A stretch of 64,000 nt of DNA from an uncultured virus (IMG/VR IMGVR_UViG_3300025383_000020) (IMGVR_UViG_3300025383_000020), one strand, 5' to 3'. Counted from the stretch's first letter, positions 41,765 through 49,700 are shown. Numbers and translations are program-made. Notes: generated from the sequence alone by a model not told the origin.

Positions 41765-41902
41765 ATGCTATTCAATAAAAATATGATCCTAGTTATCGAT
41801 TTCCAAGTGGAGACGGGGATAGATCGCATTGATAATGACGTGAGTTAAGAAAAGTTCTAATAAAGAAAAGAACCTCAACTCACACCGAGTTGAGGTTTTT
41901 TA
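41765..41902 (+). promoter_or_regulatory. attenuator-like leader 1: 27-aa uORF plus terminator
   Basis: uORF 41765-41848; hairpin AACCTCAACTC/GAGTTGAGGTT+T run; GTGAGTT can pair with AACTCAC. Confidence 0.55.
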
Positions 41903-41909
41903 TTTTTAT

Positions 41910-41982
41910 GGACCTGGCGCATAACGGCTGGTGTACCCGACTGTCTATCGGTGTTTAGAGGGTTCGACTCCCTTCAGGTCCG
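41910..41982 (+). tRNA. tRNA-Asp(GTC)
   Basis: cloverleaf, loop CTGTCTA. Confidence 0.88.
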
Positions 41983-42042
41983 CTAAAATACTTCACAGCA
42001 AAAGTCGTAAGTTCGAATGATAAATAATAAAAAGAAAGTATC

Positions 42043-42723
42043 ATGAAAACTTGCGAAAACTGTGGAAAAGATCACACTGGAGAATACGGAAGTGGTCGAT
42101 TTTGTTCTTTGAAATGCTCTAGGGGATTTAGTACTAAAGGTAAGAGAAGTGAAATCAATAAAAAGGTATCAGCTGCTCTTAGCAATAGTGGGAACACTCC
42201 AGTCAAAAAAAGTTGCAAGTTATGTAAGAATGAATTTGCTGTTGCTTGGAATAAGCGTAGGCAAATGTATTGTTCATCTTCATGCGCAGCAAAAGATATT
42301 GGTTGGAAAAATAGTCATTCTAAAATCTCAAAGAGCAAGTGGTCTGAAATAAACAAAAGATCTTATGCTTTAGGTAAAAATCGAATTGCTGGTGGAACTA
42401 CCAAGTGGCTCAATTACAAAGACATAAAAGTTCAAGGAACGTATGAACTCGCTGCTTGTAAAAAGCTAGATCTACTTAAAGAAAGAGGTGAAATTTTTAA
42501 ATGGGAATATGCAGTAAATCGAATATCCTATATAGGGATCGATAGAAAAAAGCACACATACTTAATTGATTTTACAGTTACACTACCTGATGGAAGTATT
42601 AAGTTCATCGAAGTTAAGGGAAGAGAAACTGATAATGATAAACTAAAGTGGAATGCGGTAAGAGAAGCGGGACATACTCTTGAAGTATGGAGAAAATTTG
42701 ATTTATTATCTAAAGTTCTTTAA
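42043..42723 (+). CDS. free-standing Zn-finger + PD-(D/E)XK endonuclease (homing-like)
   Basis: CENC/FCSLKC, CKLC/YCSSSC; YLIDF...FIEVKG; sits between tRNAs. Confidence 0.7.
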   Translation: MKTCENCGKDHTGEYGSGRFCSLKCSRGFSTKGKRSEINKKVSAALSNSGNTPVKKSCKLCKNEFAVAWNKRRQMYCSSSCAAKDIGWKNSHSKISKSKWSEINKRSYALGKNRIAGGTTKWLNYKDIKVQGTYELAACKKLDLLKERGEIFKWEYAVNRISYIGIDRKKHTYLIDFTVTLPDGSIKFIEVKGRETDNDKLKWNAVREAGHTLEVWRKFDLLSKVL

Positions 42724-42727
42724 AAAT

Positions 42728-42800
42728 GCCGAGATAGCTCAGTTGGTAGAGCGCAACACTCATAATGTTGAGGTAACGGGTTCAAACCCCGTTCTCGGTA
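42728..42800 (+). tRNA. tRNA-Met(CAT) elongator
   Basis: cloverleaf, CTCATAA loop. Confidence 0.88.
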
Positions 42801-42812
42801 CGAAAATAACAT

Positions 42813-42885
<73 letters not shown>

Positions 42886-42888
42886 CTA

Positions 42889-43053
42889 AGTCAGTAGTAA
42901 CGTGAGAGTTACTTCGAAATCCATTATCAGGACGGTGTCGGTGGTTCGAATCCATCTCTCCCCACTAAGAAGAAATTCTTAATTTTTAACTTGGGGAGAT
43001 AGCTCAGCTGGTAGAGCACGTAAAAGAAAAATCTCTCGCAACTTTCTCTGACT
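42889..43053 (+). ncRNA. Y RNA (YrlA-like) 1, permuted tRNA body
   Basis: conserved TAGTAAC..AGAGTTACTTC stem; T-arm precedes acceptor and D-arm; upstream of TROVE. Confidence 0.75.
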
Positions 43054-43092
43054 AATTTTTTAAAAGCTAGGAGAATTTAGTATTATCTACAC

Positions 43093-43470
43093 ATGGATAA
43101 TAATTTAAGAGAACTAAGCAACCAGTTGTTAGCGATGCCAAAACAAATGGCAGACACACAACTCATAATCTTGGAAAAGAGCCAAGAGGCTCAGAAGATC
43201 GAGAACGAGATCTCTGAGATCGAGACTAAACTGAAGATGTCTATAGCAAATAAGCTGGACGAAAGCGGTAAGAAAGTCTACTCAAATGCAGATGCTAGAG
43301 AAGCTGCATTCGTCGAAGCCTGTACTGGTGAGTTTGACCTAATTGAATTAAAGTCAAAACTAGCAGCCATACAAAATCAAATTCAATTGTCAAAGATTGC
43401 ATATGAGAGGGTCGGCAACGAACAAAAGAATCTAAGAATAGTGTTACAACTATTTTCAGAAGCGGAATAA
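43093..43470 (+). CDS. coiled-coil protein upstream of TROVE
   Basis: 125 aa, YSNADAREA. Confidence 0.6.
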   Translation: MDNNLRELSNQLLAMPKQMADTQLIILEKSQEAQKIENEISEIETKLKMSIANKLDESGKKVYSNADAREAAFVEACTGEFDLIELKSKLAAIQNQIQLSKIAYERVGNEQKNLRIVLQLFSEAE

Positions 43471-43563
43471 ATTTTTTCAATAAACTTGAAATAGCGACAA
43501 TAAACTTAGTAAGTTTATTAAACTAAATCAAGTTTACCAAATAAAAACCTTGTACTAAAAATT

Positions 43564-45189
43564 ATGGCAAAATTTAGAAACCAAAATCTTCGCAACACGC
43601 TCGCTGGTATGCAGCCTGATGCGAAGCTGGTTGAAGCAGCAACCCTGCCTAAGCCAGACACCAAGAACCGTCAAGGTCACGCAGCTTATTCTATGGATAA
43701 GTGGCTTCACCTCTTGACAATGCTAAACACTCTCAAACTCGAGAACCAGTTTTATCGTTCTGAAAACGAAACGATGAAAGAGCTCAAGGGTCTAGTGGAT
43801 GTTTGTGCAAAGGAAGACGCTTATCTAGTAGCACAGTGCATCGTGTATTCACGTTGCGTCGGTGAAGGTATGCGTTCAGTAAACCACCTAGCCGCAAGCT
43901 ACCTTGCACCACACTGTGCAGGAAAAGACTGGGCAAAGCGTTTCTACTCACTGTGGAACAAGAAGACTCAATCAGGCGGTACTATCTTCAGACCGGATGA
44001 CATGTCAGAAATTGTTGCTTGCTTCTCAGCAATGAACAAGACTGCTGTGACAAACGCAATGAAGAAAGGATTCAAGGATGCTCTTGAAAAGCTAGATGCA
44101 TACTCTCTATTGAAATACAAGGGAGATCTGATCGACGTTGCTAACCTAGTTCACCCTAACCCTAGCCTGTCAAAGGCAACGGCAAAGGTTGATAGCGAAA
44201 AGGTCTCAGTGCTTTCAGCGATCATGAAGGGCTTGCCAGTGTCAGCCGACACTTGGGAAGTTGCTCAGTCTGATGCAGGTCAAGAAGTTGCAAAGGCCGT
44301 AAAGGCAGGTAAGCTTACTGAAACTCAAGCGGAAAAAGTCCTAAAGGAAGCTAAGGCTGAAAACTGGAACGCTCTCTTGACAGAAGGAAAGCTGGGTATC
44401 CTTGCAGCACTTCGCAACATCAGAAACATCATAACAAATGATGCAAAGGCTGCGGCAATCACTGCACTATGCGATCTACTTTCTGATGGCGTAGCGATCC
44501 GTAAGGGAAAGATCATGCCGTACCAAATCGATATGGCTCACGAAGTCCTAACCTCTGAGTTCAGCAACATGGAATCTCGTAAGATCGCTCAAGCTCTTTT
44601 GAAGGGATACGAAGCGGCAGTGCCGAACCTAGCAGAAATGCTTCCTGGCAGAAACCTGATCATGGTTGACTTTTCTGGATCTATGGGTACACAAGTAGTC
44701 GATCCAAACAAGAAGACACGATACAAGAGCTCATGCTTGGATAAGGCAGCGCTGATTGCAGCAACGATAGCAAAAGCAACAAACGCGGATATTATTCGCT
44801 TTGGATCTGATGCAGAGTACGCTAAATACAATGCAAATGCAGACGTCTTCACTATTGCTAACGCAATGAAGAGAGACATGGGAGGAACAAGCCTTGAAAC
44901 TGCATGGAATGTAGCTCAAAGATCTGGCACAAAGTACGATAGAGTATTCATACTCTCAGATAACGAATGTAACCGTGGCTCAAGCTACAAGGCATACGAA
45001 AGATATGTCAAGGCATGCGGAAGCCCATACGTTTACTCAGTGGATCTAGCCGCATACGGAACAGCTCAACTCGCAGGAGATAAGGTTCGTTTCTACTACG
45101 GCTACGGATACTCAATGTTCGATGACATCGCGAAGAGCGAGTTCAACCCGAACTACCACCTCGAAAAGGTGAAGAAGATTGTGATCTAA
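43564..45189 (+). CDS. rsr: Ro60/Rsr TROVE-vWA RNA-binding protein
   Basis: NRQGH.AY, GMRSV, RPDDM, KYK, HP, TWE, AALRNIRN, vWA MIDAS VDFSGSM, GGT, ILSDNE. Confidence 0.9.
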   Translation: MAKFRNQNLRNTLAGMQPDAKLVEAATLPKPDTKNRQGHAAYSMDKWLHLLTMLNTLKLENQFYRSENETMKELKGLVDVCAKEDAYLVAQCIVYSRCVGEGMRSVNHLAASYLAPHCAGKDWAKRFYSLWNKKTQSGGTIFRPDDMSEIVACFSAMNKTAVTNAMKKGFKDALEKLDAYSLLKYKGDLIDVANLVHPNPSLSKATAKVDSEKVSVLSAIMKGLPVSADTWEVAQSDAGQEVAKAVKAGKLTETQAEKVLKEAKAENWNALLTEGKLGILAALRNIRNIITNDAKAAAITALCDLLSDGVAIRKGKIMPYQIDMAHEVLTSEFSNMESRKIAQALLKGYEAAVPNLAEMLPGRNLIMVDFSGSMGTQVVDPNKKTRYKSSCLDKAALIAATIAKATNADIIRFGSDAEYAKYNANADVFTIANAMKRDMGGTSLETAWNVAQRSGTKYDRVFILSDNECNRGSSYKAYERYVKACGSPYVYSVDLAAYGTAQLAGDKVRFYYGYGYSMFDDIAKSEFNPNYHLEKVKKIVI

Positions 45190-45273
45190 TCAGTCACAAC
45201 ACTAGACTGGGATGGAGGAGACTTCTACCCAGTCACAAAATGTCGAAAGACACAAAGTTCTTTGAAAGACATA

Positions 45274-45400
45274 ATCAGGTAGCAACGTAAGAGTTACTTC
45301 GTAGTGCAATTGGTAGCACAATTTTTTTGGGAAAAATGGGTTGCGGGTTCAATCCCCGTCGAGCGGCGAAAGCCGAATACTCTTACACTTTCCTCCTGAT
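45274..45400 (+). ncRNA. Y RNA-like 2, unpermuted D-AC(TGG)-T body
   Basis: ATCAGG/CCTGAT closing stem, shared motif, tRNA arms in normal order. Confidence 0.75.
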
Positions 45401-45409
45401 ATTTTATTA

Positions 45410-45550
45410 AAGACGTAGCAAGAATAGAGTTACTTCGCAATTATTGGTTCGAATCCAATATTTTCTCACTGGGAAAATTAGACAAATGGTTAAGTCGACA
45501 AATTCATAATTTGTTTTTCAGAAACAACGCTCTACTCATTTTCTCGTCTT
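45410..45550 (+). ncRNA. Y RNA-like 3, T-acceptor-D-AC(CAT) body
   Basis: AAGACG/CGTCTT closing stem, shared motif. Confidence 0.75.
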
Positions 45551-45559
45551 AAATTTATA

Positions 45560-45690
45560 AAACTGATAGCAATGGATAAGGTTACTTCGAAAATTAGCTC
45601 AGTTGGTTGAGCGTTTATATTCCAATAAAAGGTCATTGGTTCAACTCCAATATTTTCATCCAAACATACCTTACCGATTTTCTTCAGTTT
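45560..45690 (+). ncRNA. Y RNA-like 4, unpermuted body
   Basis: AAACTGA/TCAGTTT closing stem; TAAGGT/ACCTTA covariant helix. Confidence 0.75.
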
Positions 45691-45694
45691 ATTT

Positions 45695-45767
45695 GCGGAA
45701 GTAGCTCATTTGGTAGAGCGATAGCCTTCCAAGCTATAGGCGGCCGGTTCAAGCCCGGTCTTCCGCT
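45695..45767 (+). tRNA. tRNA-Gly(TCC)
   Basis: cloverleaf. Confidence 0.92.
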
Positions 45768-45808
45768 CTAGATAGTTTTGTACTTTGTTACAAACATCAA
45801 AATAACAT

Positions 45809-45881
45809 CGTGAGGTAGAGCAGTGGCCAGCTCGTTGGGCTCATAATCCAAAGGTCGTAGGTTCGAATCCTACCCTCGCAA
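45809..45881 (+). tRNA. tRNA-fMet(CAT) 2
   Basis: C1:A72, GGG/TCC stem. Confidence 0.85.
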
Positions 45882-45935
45882 CAACGGAGAGTAGACGTAA
45901 GTCTTCTAACAAAGAAGGGGTTTACTCAAAGACAT

Positions 45936-46080
45936 AAATCAGTAGTAACGTGAGAGTTACTTCAATATTTGACTATTAATCAGAAGGTCTGGGTTCGAAT
46001 CCCAGTGCGGAGAGCAATCTCAGTATGGTGTAAATGGCAGCATAAAAACGAAAAACCACTCTCGCAACTTTCTCTGATTT
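45936..46080 (+). ncRNA. Y RNA-like 5, AC-T-acceptor-D body
   Basis: AAATCAG/CTGATTT closing stem, stem nearly identical to copy 1. Confidence 0.75.
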
Positions 46081-46088
46081 TTTTAAAT

Positions 46089-46160
46089 GCCGCGTTCGTC
46101 TATCGGCTAGGACATCTCCCTTTCACGGAGGGAAGAGGGGTTCAACTCCCCTACGCGGTA
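46089..46160 (+). tRNA. tRNA-Glu(TTC)
   Basis: cloverleaf. Confidence 0.92.
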
Positions 46161-46165
46161 CTAAA

Positions 46166-46279
46166 TTAACTCACGGAGTTCGCTAGCAGATGGTAGAGAT
46201 GCAACTACCTGGGTGCAGCGGAGTTGACCAGATCAACATTGACCTATGATTTATCTAAAAAGCGGGCACCGTGAGTTAA
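46166..46279 (+). ncRNA. unassigned structured RNA
   Basis: 11-bp terminal stem TTAACTCACGG/CCGTGAGTTAA plus inner hairpins. Confidence 0.45.
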
Positions 46280-46294
46280 AAATAAAAAACCAAA

Positions 46295-46329
46295 AAGTGA
46301 AACTCTATTTGAGTTTGGTGTATAAATAA
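46295..46329 (+). promoter_or_regulatory. tRNA-block promoter (2)
   Basis: AAGTGAAACT-N15-GTATAAATAA. Confidence 0.7.
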
Positions 46330-46336
46330 TAAAGTA

Positions 46337-46512
46337 ATGAAAAACTATCGTAACATATCAAATCACTCATGCAGCTGGAATCACATTCCAACAGGAGTGA
46401 AGTTTGTGTCTACACTAAAATCAACTGGTGCAGGAAAAAACGAGGTTCGAATAAGTTAACAGTAAAAATAACTATATAGAGAACCTCGAACCACAAAAGT
46501 TCGAGGTTTTTT
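46337..46512 (+). promoter_or_regulatory. attenuator-like leader 2: 40-aa uORF plus terminator
   Basis: uORF 46337-46459; hairpin AACCTCGAAC/GTTCGAGGTT+T run; CGAGGTTC can pair with GAACCTCG. Confidence 0.6.
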
Positions 46513-46518
46513 GTTTAT

Positions 46519-46593
46519 AGTCTCTTAGCTCAGTTGGTTCAGAGCGGTTGCCTTACAAGCAATAGGTCAGGGGTTCGACTCCCTTAGGGACTA
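46519..46593 (+). tRNA. tRNA-Val(TAC)
   Basis: cloverleaf. Confidence 0.92.
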
Positions 46594-46678
46594 CTTAAAA
46601 GAAAGTAATTAAAAAAAATGAAGCGAAAGCGAAAATATAAACGGTAAGAGCACGTAGCCTTTGAGTTACGTGGTGAAT

Positions 46679-46752
46679 GACTTCGTAGCTCAGTTGGTAG
46701 CAGCAATACACTTTTAATGTATGGGTCGTTGGTTCAAATCCAACCGGAGTCA
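46679..46752 (+). tRNA. tRNA-Lys(TTT)
   Basis: cloverleaf. Confidence 0.9.
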
Positions 46753-46763
46753 CTGATTACAAT

Positions 46764-46835
46764 GCACCTATAGCTGAGCGGTAAAGCTGCGCCCTCTTAA
46801 GGCGATGATCCCAGCTTCAAATCCTGGTGGGTGCA
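46764..46835 (+). tRNA. tRNA-Lys(CTT)
   Basis: cloverleaf, slightly irregular T stem. Confidence 0.8.
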
Positions 46836-46858
46836 CACCATTAAAAACAAAGAGAGTC

Positions 46859-47365
46859 ATGATGAAGTTAAGCGATTTTAGAGTATTGGTTCTTAATGCA
46901 GATTATCAGCCTGTCAACATGACTTCTTTTAAGAAGGGCTGTAAGTTGGTCTACAAAGGAAAGGCAGAAGTTCTTACATTAGACGAAGAAAACAACCTGA
47001 CCTCTGCAGTGCTTACTGAGGTTCGACCAAAGGTAATTAGACTCTTGCAGTACATTTACCTTCCTCATCGGAAGATGAGCCTCACTAAGCAAAACATCTA
47101 CAAGCGCGACGGATATCGTTGTGGCTACTGTGGATCCAAAGATGAGTTGACAATCGACCACATCTTGCCTAAGTCCAGAGGAGGTAAAAATAGCTGGGAA
47201 AACCTAGTTACTTGTTGCTCAAAGTGCAACAGCAAAAAGGACAACCAGACCCCAGCTGAAGCTCGAATGAAATTGAGAGTTGAGCCACACGCGCCGACTT
47301 TCAAGAGCTTGATTGGGTTAAGTAAAGACTCAAGTCTCACTGACGCTCTAGTAGCTCAGTGGTAA
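46859..47365 (+). CDS. HNH endonuclease (McrA-like)
   Basis: VLVLNADY.P, RDGYRCGYCG, TIDHILP.SRGG..SWENLV.CC..CN..K; start reassigned past tRNA. Confidence 0.9.
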   Translation: MMKLSDFRVLVLNADYQPVNMTSFKKGCKLVYKGKAEVLTLDEENNLTSAVLTEVRPKVIRLLQYIYLPHRKMSLTKQNIYKRDGYRCGYCGSKDELTIDHILPKSRGGKNSWENLVTCCSKCNSKKDNQTPAEARMKLRVEPHAPTFKSLIGLSKDSSLTDALVAQW

Positions 47366-47442
47366 GTTAAGTGTCTTGCATGCTCTGATGAAATTCGACT
47401 GCAAGGTCTCGGTAGGCAGAACGCGTCTGAACCTACCCACAC

Positions 47443-47518
<76 letters not shown>

Positions 47519-47594
47519 AGCAAGGAAGTAGTTTGCAGAAAGTTGTGCCGTGTTCTGCTGATGAAATTAAACCCTTGTGACAACGGTGCAACCC

Positions 47595-47666
47595 GGTCAT
47601 ATAGCTCAGCGGGAGAGCGCTTCCTTGACGTGGAAGAAGTCGGTGGTTCAAATCCATCTGGGATCA
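47595..47666 (+). tRNA. tRNA-Val(GAC)
   Basis: cloverleaf, one acceptor mismatch. Confidence 0.82.
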
Positions 47667-47725
47667 CTAAGTCGCAGAAAGGTAACTCCAGTATTTGATT
47701 ACCGTTGCCCTCCTGCGACTCCACT

Positions 47726-47797
47726 GCCTCATTAGCTCAGTGGTAGAGCTGCTCATTTGTAATGAGCGGGTCGGCAGTTCGAATCTGTCATGAGGCT
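47726..47797 (+). tRNA. tRNA-Thr(TGT)
   Basis: cloverleaf. Confidence 0.92.
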
Positions 47798-47827
47798 CTC
47801 AAATAAAAAGTAATTTATTTTCACACA

Positions 47828-47862
47828 AAGTGAAACTCTTTAGTAAAATATTGTATAAATAA
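47828..47862 (+). promoter_or_regulatory. tRNA-block promoter (3), followed by 31-aa uORF 47887-47982
   Basis: AAGTGAAACT-N15-GTATAAATAA. Confidence 0.7.
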
Positions 47863-48083
47863 CTAAGACTATTAAAGTCAAACAAAATGAAAAAGCAAGC
47901 CTACATACGAATTTATAGACCGTGCCAACCGTTAGCATGGCAGCTAGGCTTGTCGAATCATAATTCACTAAGCCGATTCTGATCCCCTGGCCAGTGAATA
48001 TCTCAAATCCATAATTTTACACAACCGATTTTAGGAATGCACTGGCCTCTAGTAGGAAGGCTTAATAATGTTCTTTGAATATT

Positions 48084-48158
48084 GGTCCCTTAGCTCAGAT
48101 GGTTAGTAGCATCTGACTCATAATCAGAGGGTCACTGGTTCAAGTCCAGTAGGGACCA
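48084..48158 (+). tRNA. tRNA-Ile2/Met(CAT)
   Basis: cloverleaf; GGTCCCT acceptor resembles lysidine tRNA-Ile2. Confidence 0.85.
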
Positions 48159-48165
48159 CACATAT

Positions 48166-48247
48166 GGGTATACGCCGAAGTTGGAGAGTCGGGGCGGTCT
48201 GTAAAACCGTTGCATTAGCTGAACAGGTTCGAATCCTGTTATACTCA
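48166..48247 (+). tRNA. tRNA-Tyr(GTA)
   Basis: cloverleaf with long variable arm. Confidence 0.88.
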
Positions 48248-48252
48248 CACTT

Positions 48253-48330
48253 GGAAAGGTAGCGCAGTTGGTCAGTTCGCACCGGACTGAAAATCCGGCG
48301 ATGTGAGTTCGATTCTCACCCTTTCCACCA
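48253..48330 (+). tRNA. tRNA-Phe(GAA)
   Basis: cloverleaf, ACCA end. Confidence 0.9.
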
Positions 48331-48426
48331 ATCAGTATGGGTTAATTGCCTCGAGAGACGTCTCGATATAAAAACCGGTCTTCGCTTAGAAGATAGATGT
48401 TGGTCTGGAATCCAACTGCTGAATAC

Positions 48427-48499
48427 GGCCTTGTAGCTCAATGGATAGAGCATCTGACTACGGATCAGAAGGTTTAGGGTTCGAGTCCCTACGAGGTCA
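48427..48499 (+). tRNA. tRNA-Arg(ACG)
   Basis: cloverleaf. Confidence 0.92.
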
Positions 48500-48518
48500 C
48501 TAACGTTCTTTAACGAAT

Positions 48519-48600
48519 GCTCGGGTGGTGAAATAGGTAGACACGTCAGACTTAAACCCTGGTGGATTTTTCCGTGCGGGTTCGATTCCCGCCTCGAGTA
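48519..48600 (+). tRNA. tRNA-Leu(TAA)
   Basis: type II cloverleaf. Confidence 0.85.
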
Positions 48601-48605
48601 CTAAT

Positions 48606-48679
48606 GGTCCTGTAGCTCAGTTGGATAGAGCATCTCACTTCTAATGAGACGGTCGGGGGTTCGAATCCCTTCGGGACTA
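48606..48679 (+). tRNA. tRNA-Arg(TCT)
   Basis: cloverleaf. Confidence 0.92.
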
Positions 48680-48685
48680 CAAACT

Positions 48686-48769
48686 GCCTCGATGGCGGAA
48701 TCGGTAGACGCGTCGGTCTCAAAAACCGATCGAAGATAGTAGGTGCGGGTTCGATTCCCGCTCGAGGTA
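48686..48769 (+). tRNA. tRNA-Leu(CAA)
   Basis: type II cloverleaf. Confidence 0.9.
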
Positions 48770-49100
48770 CTGAAGATCTTTGAAATATTGGAACAAAAGA
48801 AATTGAAATGTTGCTGAAAGCACTTCAATGAAAAGTTAGAATGAAAGCTTTAGAGTCATTTGCAATAACACACGCAAAGGCTTTAAAAACCGCGAGCCGG
48901 ATGAAAGGTCCGGACAGGTTGCAGATGATGATACTGTTAGTAGGTCTAGCTAAGTAAAAGAAGGGAGTAAGTAACAGAGTAAGGCACATAGACTAATTAG
49001 TCTATAACACAGCGGACAGTGCACCGGCTTAGCATTTGCGTTTGGCGCCGGGGAGGTGGGTTCGAATCCCACTAGTCAAATTAAGTGATGTGTCAGTTAT

Positions 49101-49173
49101 CGGGATGTAGCTCAGTTGGTAGAGTACTCGGTTTGGGACCGAGACGCCGGAGGTTCGAGTCCTCTCATCCCGA
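49101..49173 (+). tRNA. tRNA-Pro(TGG)
   Basis: cloverleaf. Confidence 0.92.
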
Positions 49174-49176
49174 CTA

Positions 49177-49287
49177 AGGACTTAAATAAGCTGAGGTGGT
49201 AGAGAGTGCCATAGGTAAGTTGACGACGGTCGACTGAGAGAAGGGGTACTACACGGTGACGGACCTCTGTAAATGCTCAGCTGTCCT
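49177..49287 (+). ncRNA. unassigned structured RNA
   Basis: AGGAC/GTCCT and AGCTGAG/CTCAGCT stems, AGTTGAC-GACG-GTCGACT hairpin. Confidence 0.4.
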
Positions 49288-49291
49288 ACTT

Positions 49292-49371
49292 GCCCAGGTG
49301 GCGTAATGGCAGCCGCGCCAGACTTAGGATCTGGTGTCTTTGACGTGTCGGTTCGAGTCCGACCCTGGGTA
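49292..49371 (+). tRNA. tRNA-Leu(TAG)
   Basis: type II cloverleaf. Confidence 0.9.
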
Positions 49372-49377
49372 CAAAAT

Positions 49378-49458
49378 GTCCGGTGGCGAAATTGGTAGAC
49401 GCACCATCATGAGGAGGTGGCGGTTTTTATCGTGCGGGTTCGAATCCCGCTTCGGACA
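49378..49458 (+). tRNA. tRNA-Leu(GAG)
   Basis: type II cloverleaf, irregular acceptor, loop ATGAGGA. Confidence 0.75.
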
Positions 49459-49576
49459 CAAGATCTAATAGTGTAAACGCGTAGCGGCCGACACATGATG
49501 GTTCGTCCTTTTAGACGATAGAGTTAAACTCAGCCACATATAGGAACGATAAGGCCTCCTTAGATCAAAATAACAT

Positions 49577-49699
49577 GGGGAAGAATGCAAAACAAACACT
49601 TTGTCGCACATTCTTCGGAAACGATAGCAACAGATAGAGTTACTTCGCAATCAATCTGTAAAATTGACGTTTGGTATTGAGAGATACCCTTCCCCACCA
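49577..49699 (+). ncRNA. tRNA-Tyr-like RNA with Y-RNA stem replacing D-arm (Y RNA-like 6)
   Basis: GGGGAAG/CTTCCCC-ACCA; TCAAT-CTGTAAA-ATTGA; Y motif closed by TCG-GAAA-CGA. Confidence 0.7.
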
Positions 49700-49700
49700 T

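Noticed and set aside
45274..45690. Calling Y-like copies 2-4 ordinary tRNA-Pro/Met/Gly
   Set aside because: Acceptor stems are short or loop-closed and enclosed by the shared stem
42889..46080. Repeated AGAGTTACTTC as a CRISPR array
   Set aside because: Irregular spacing, intervening sequences are tRNA arms, no cas genes in window
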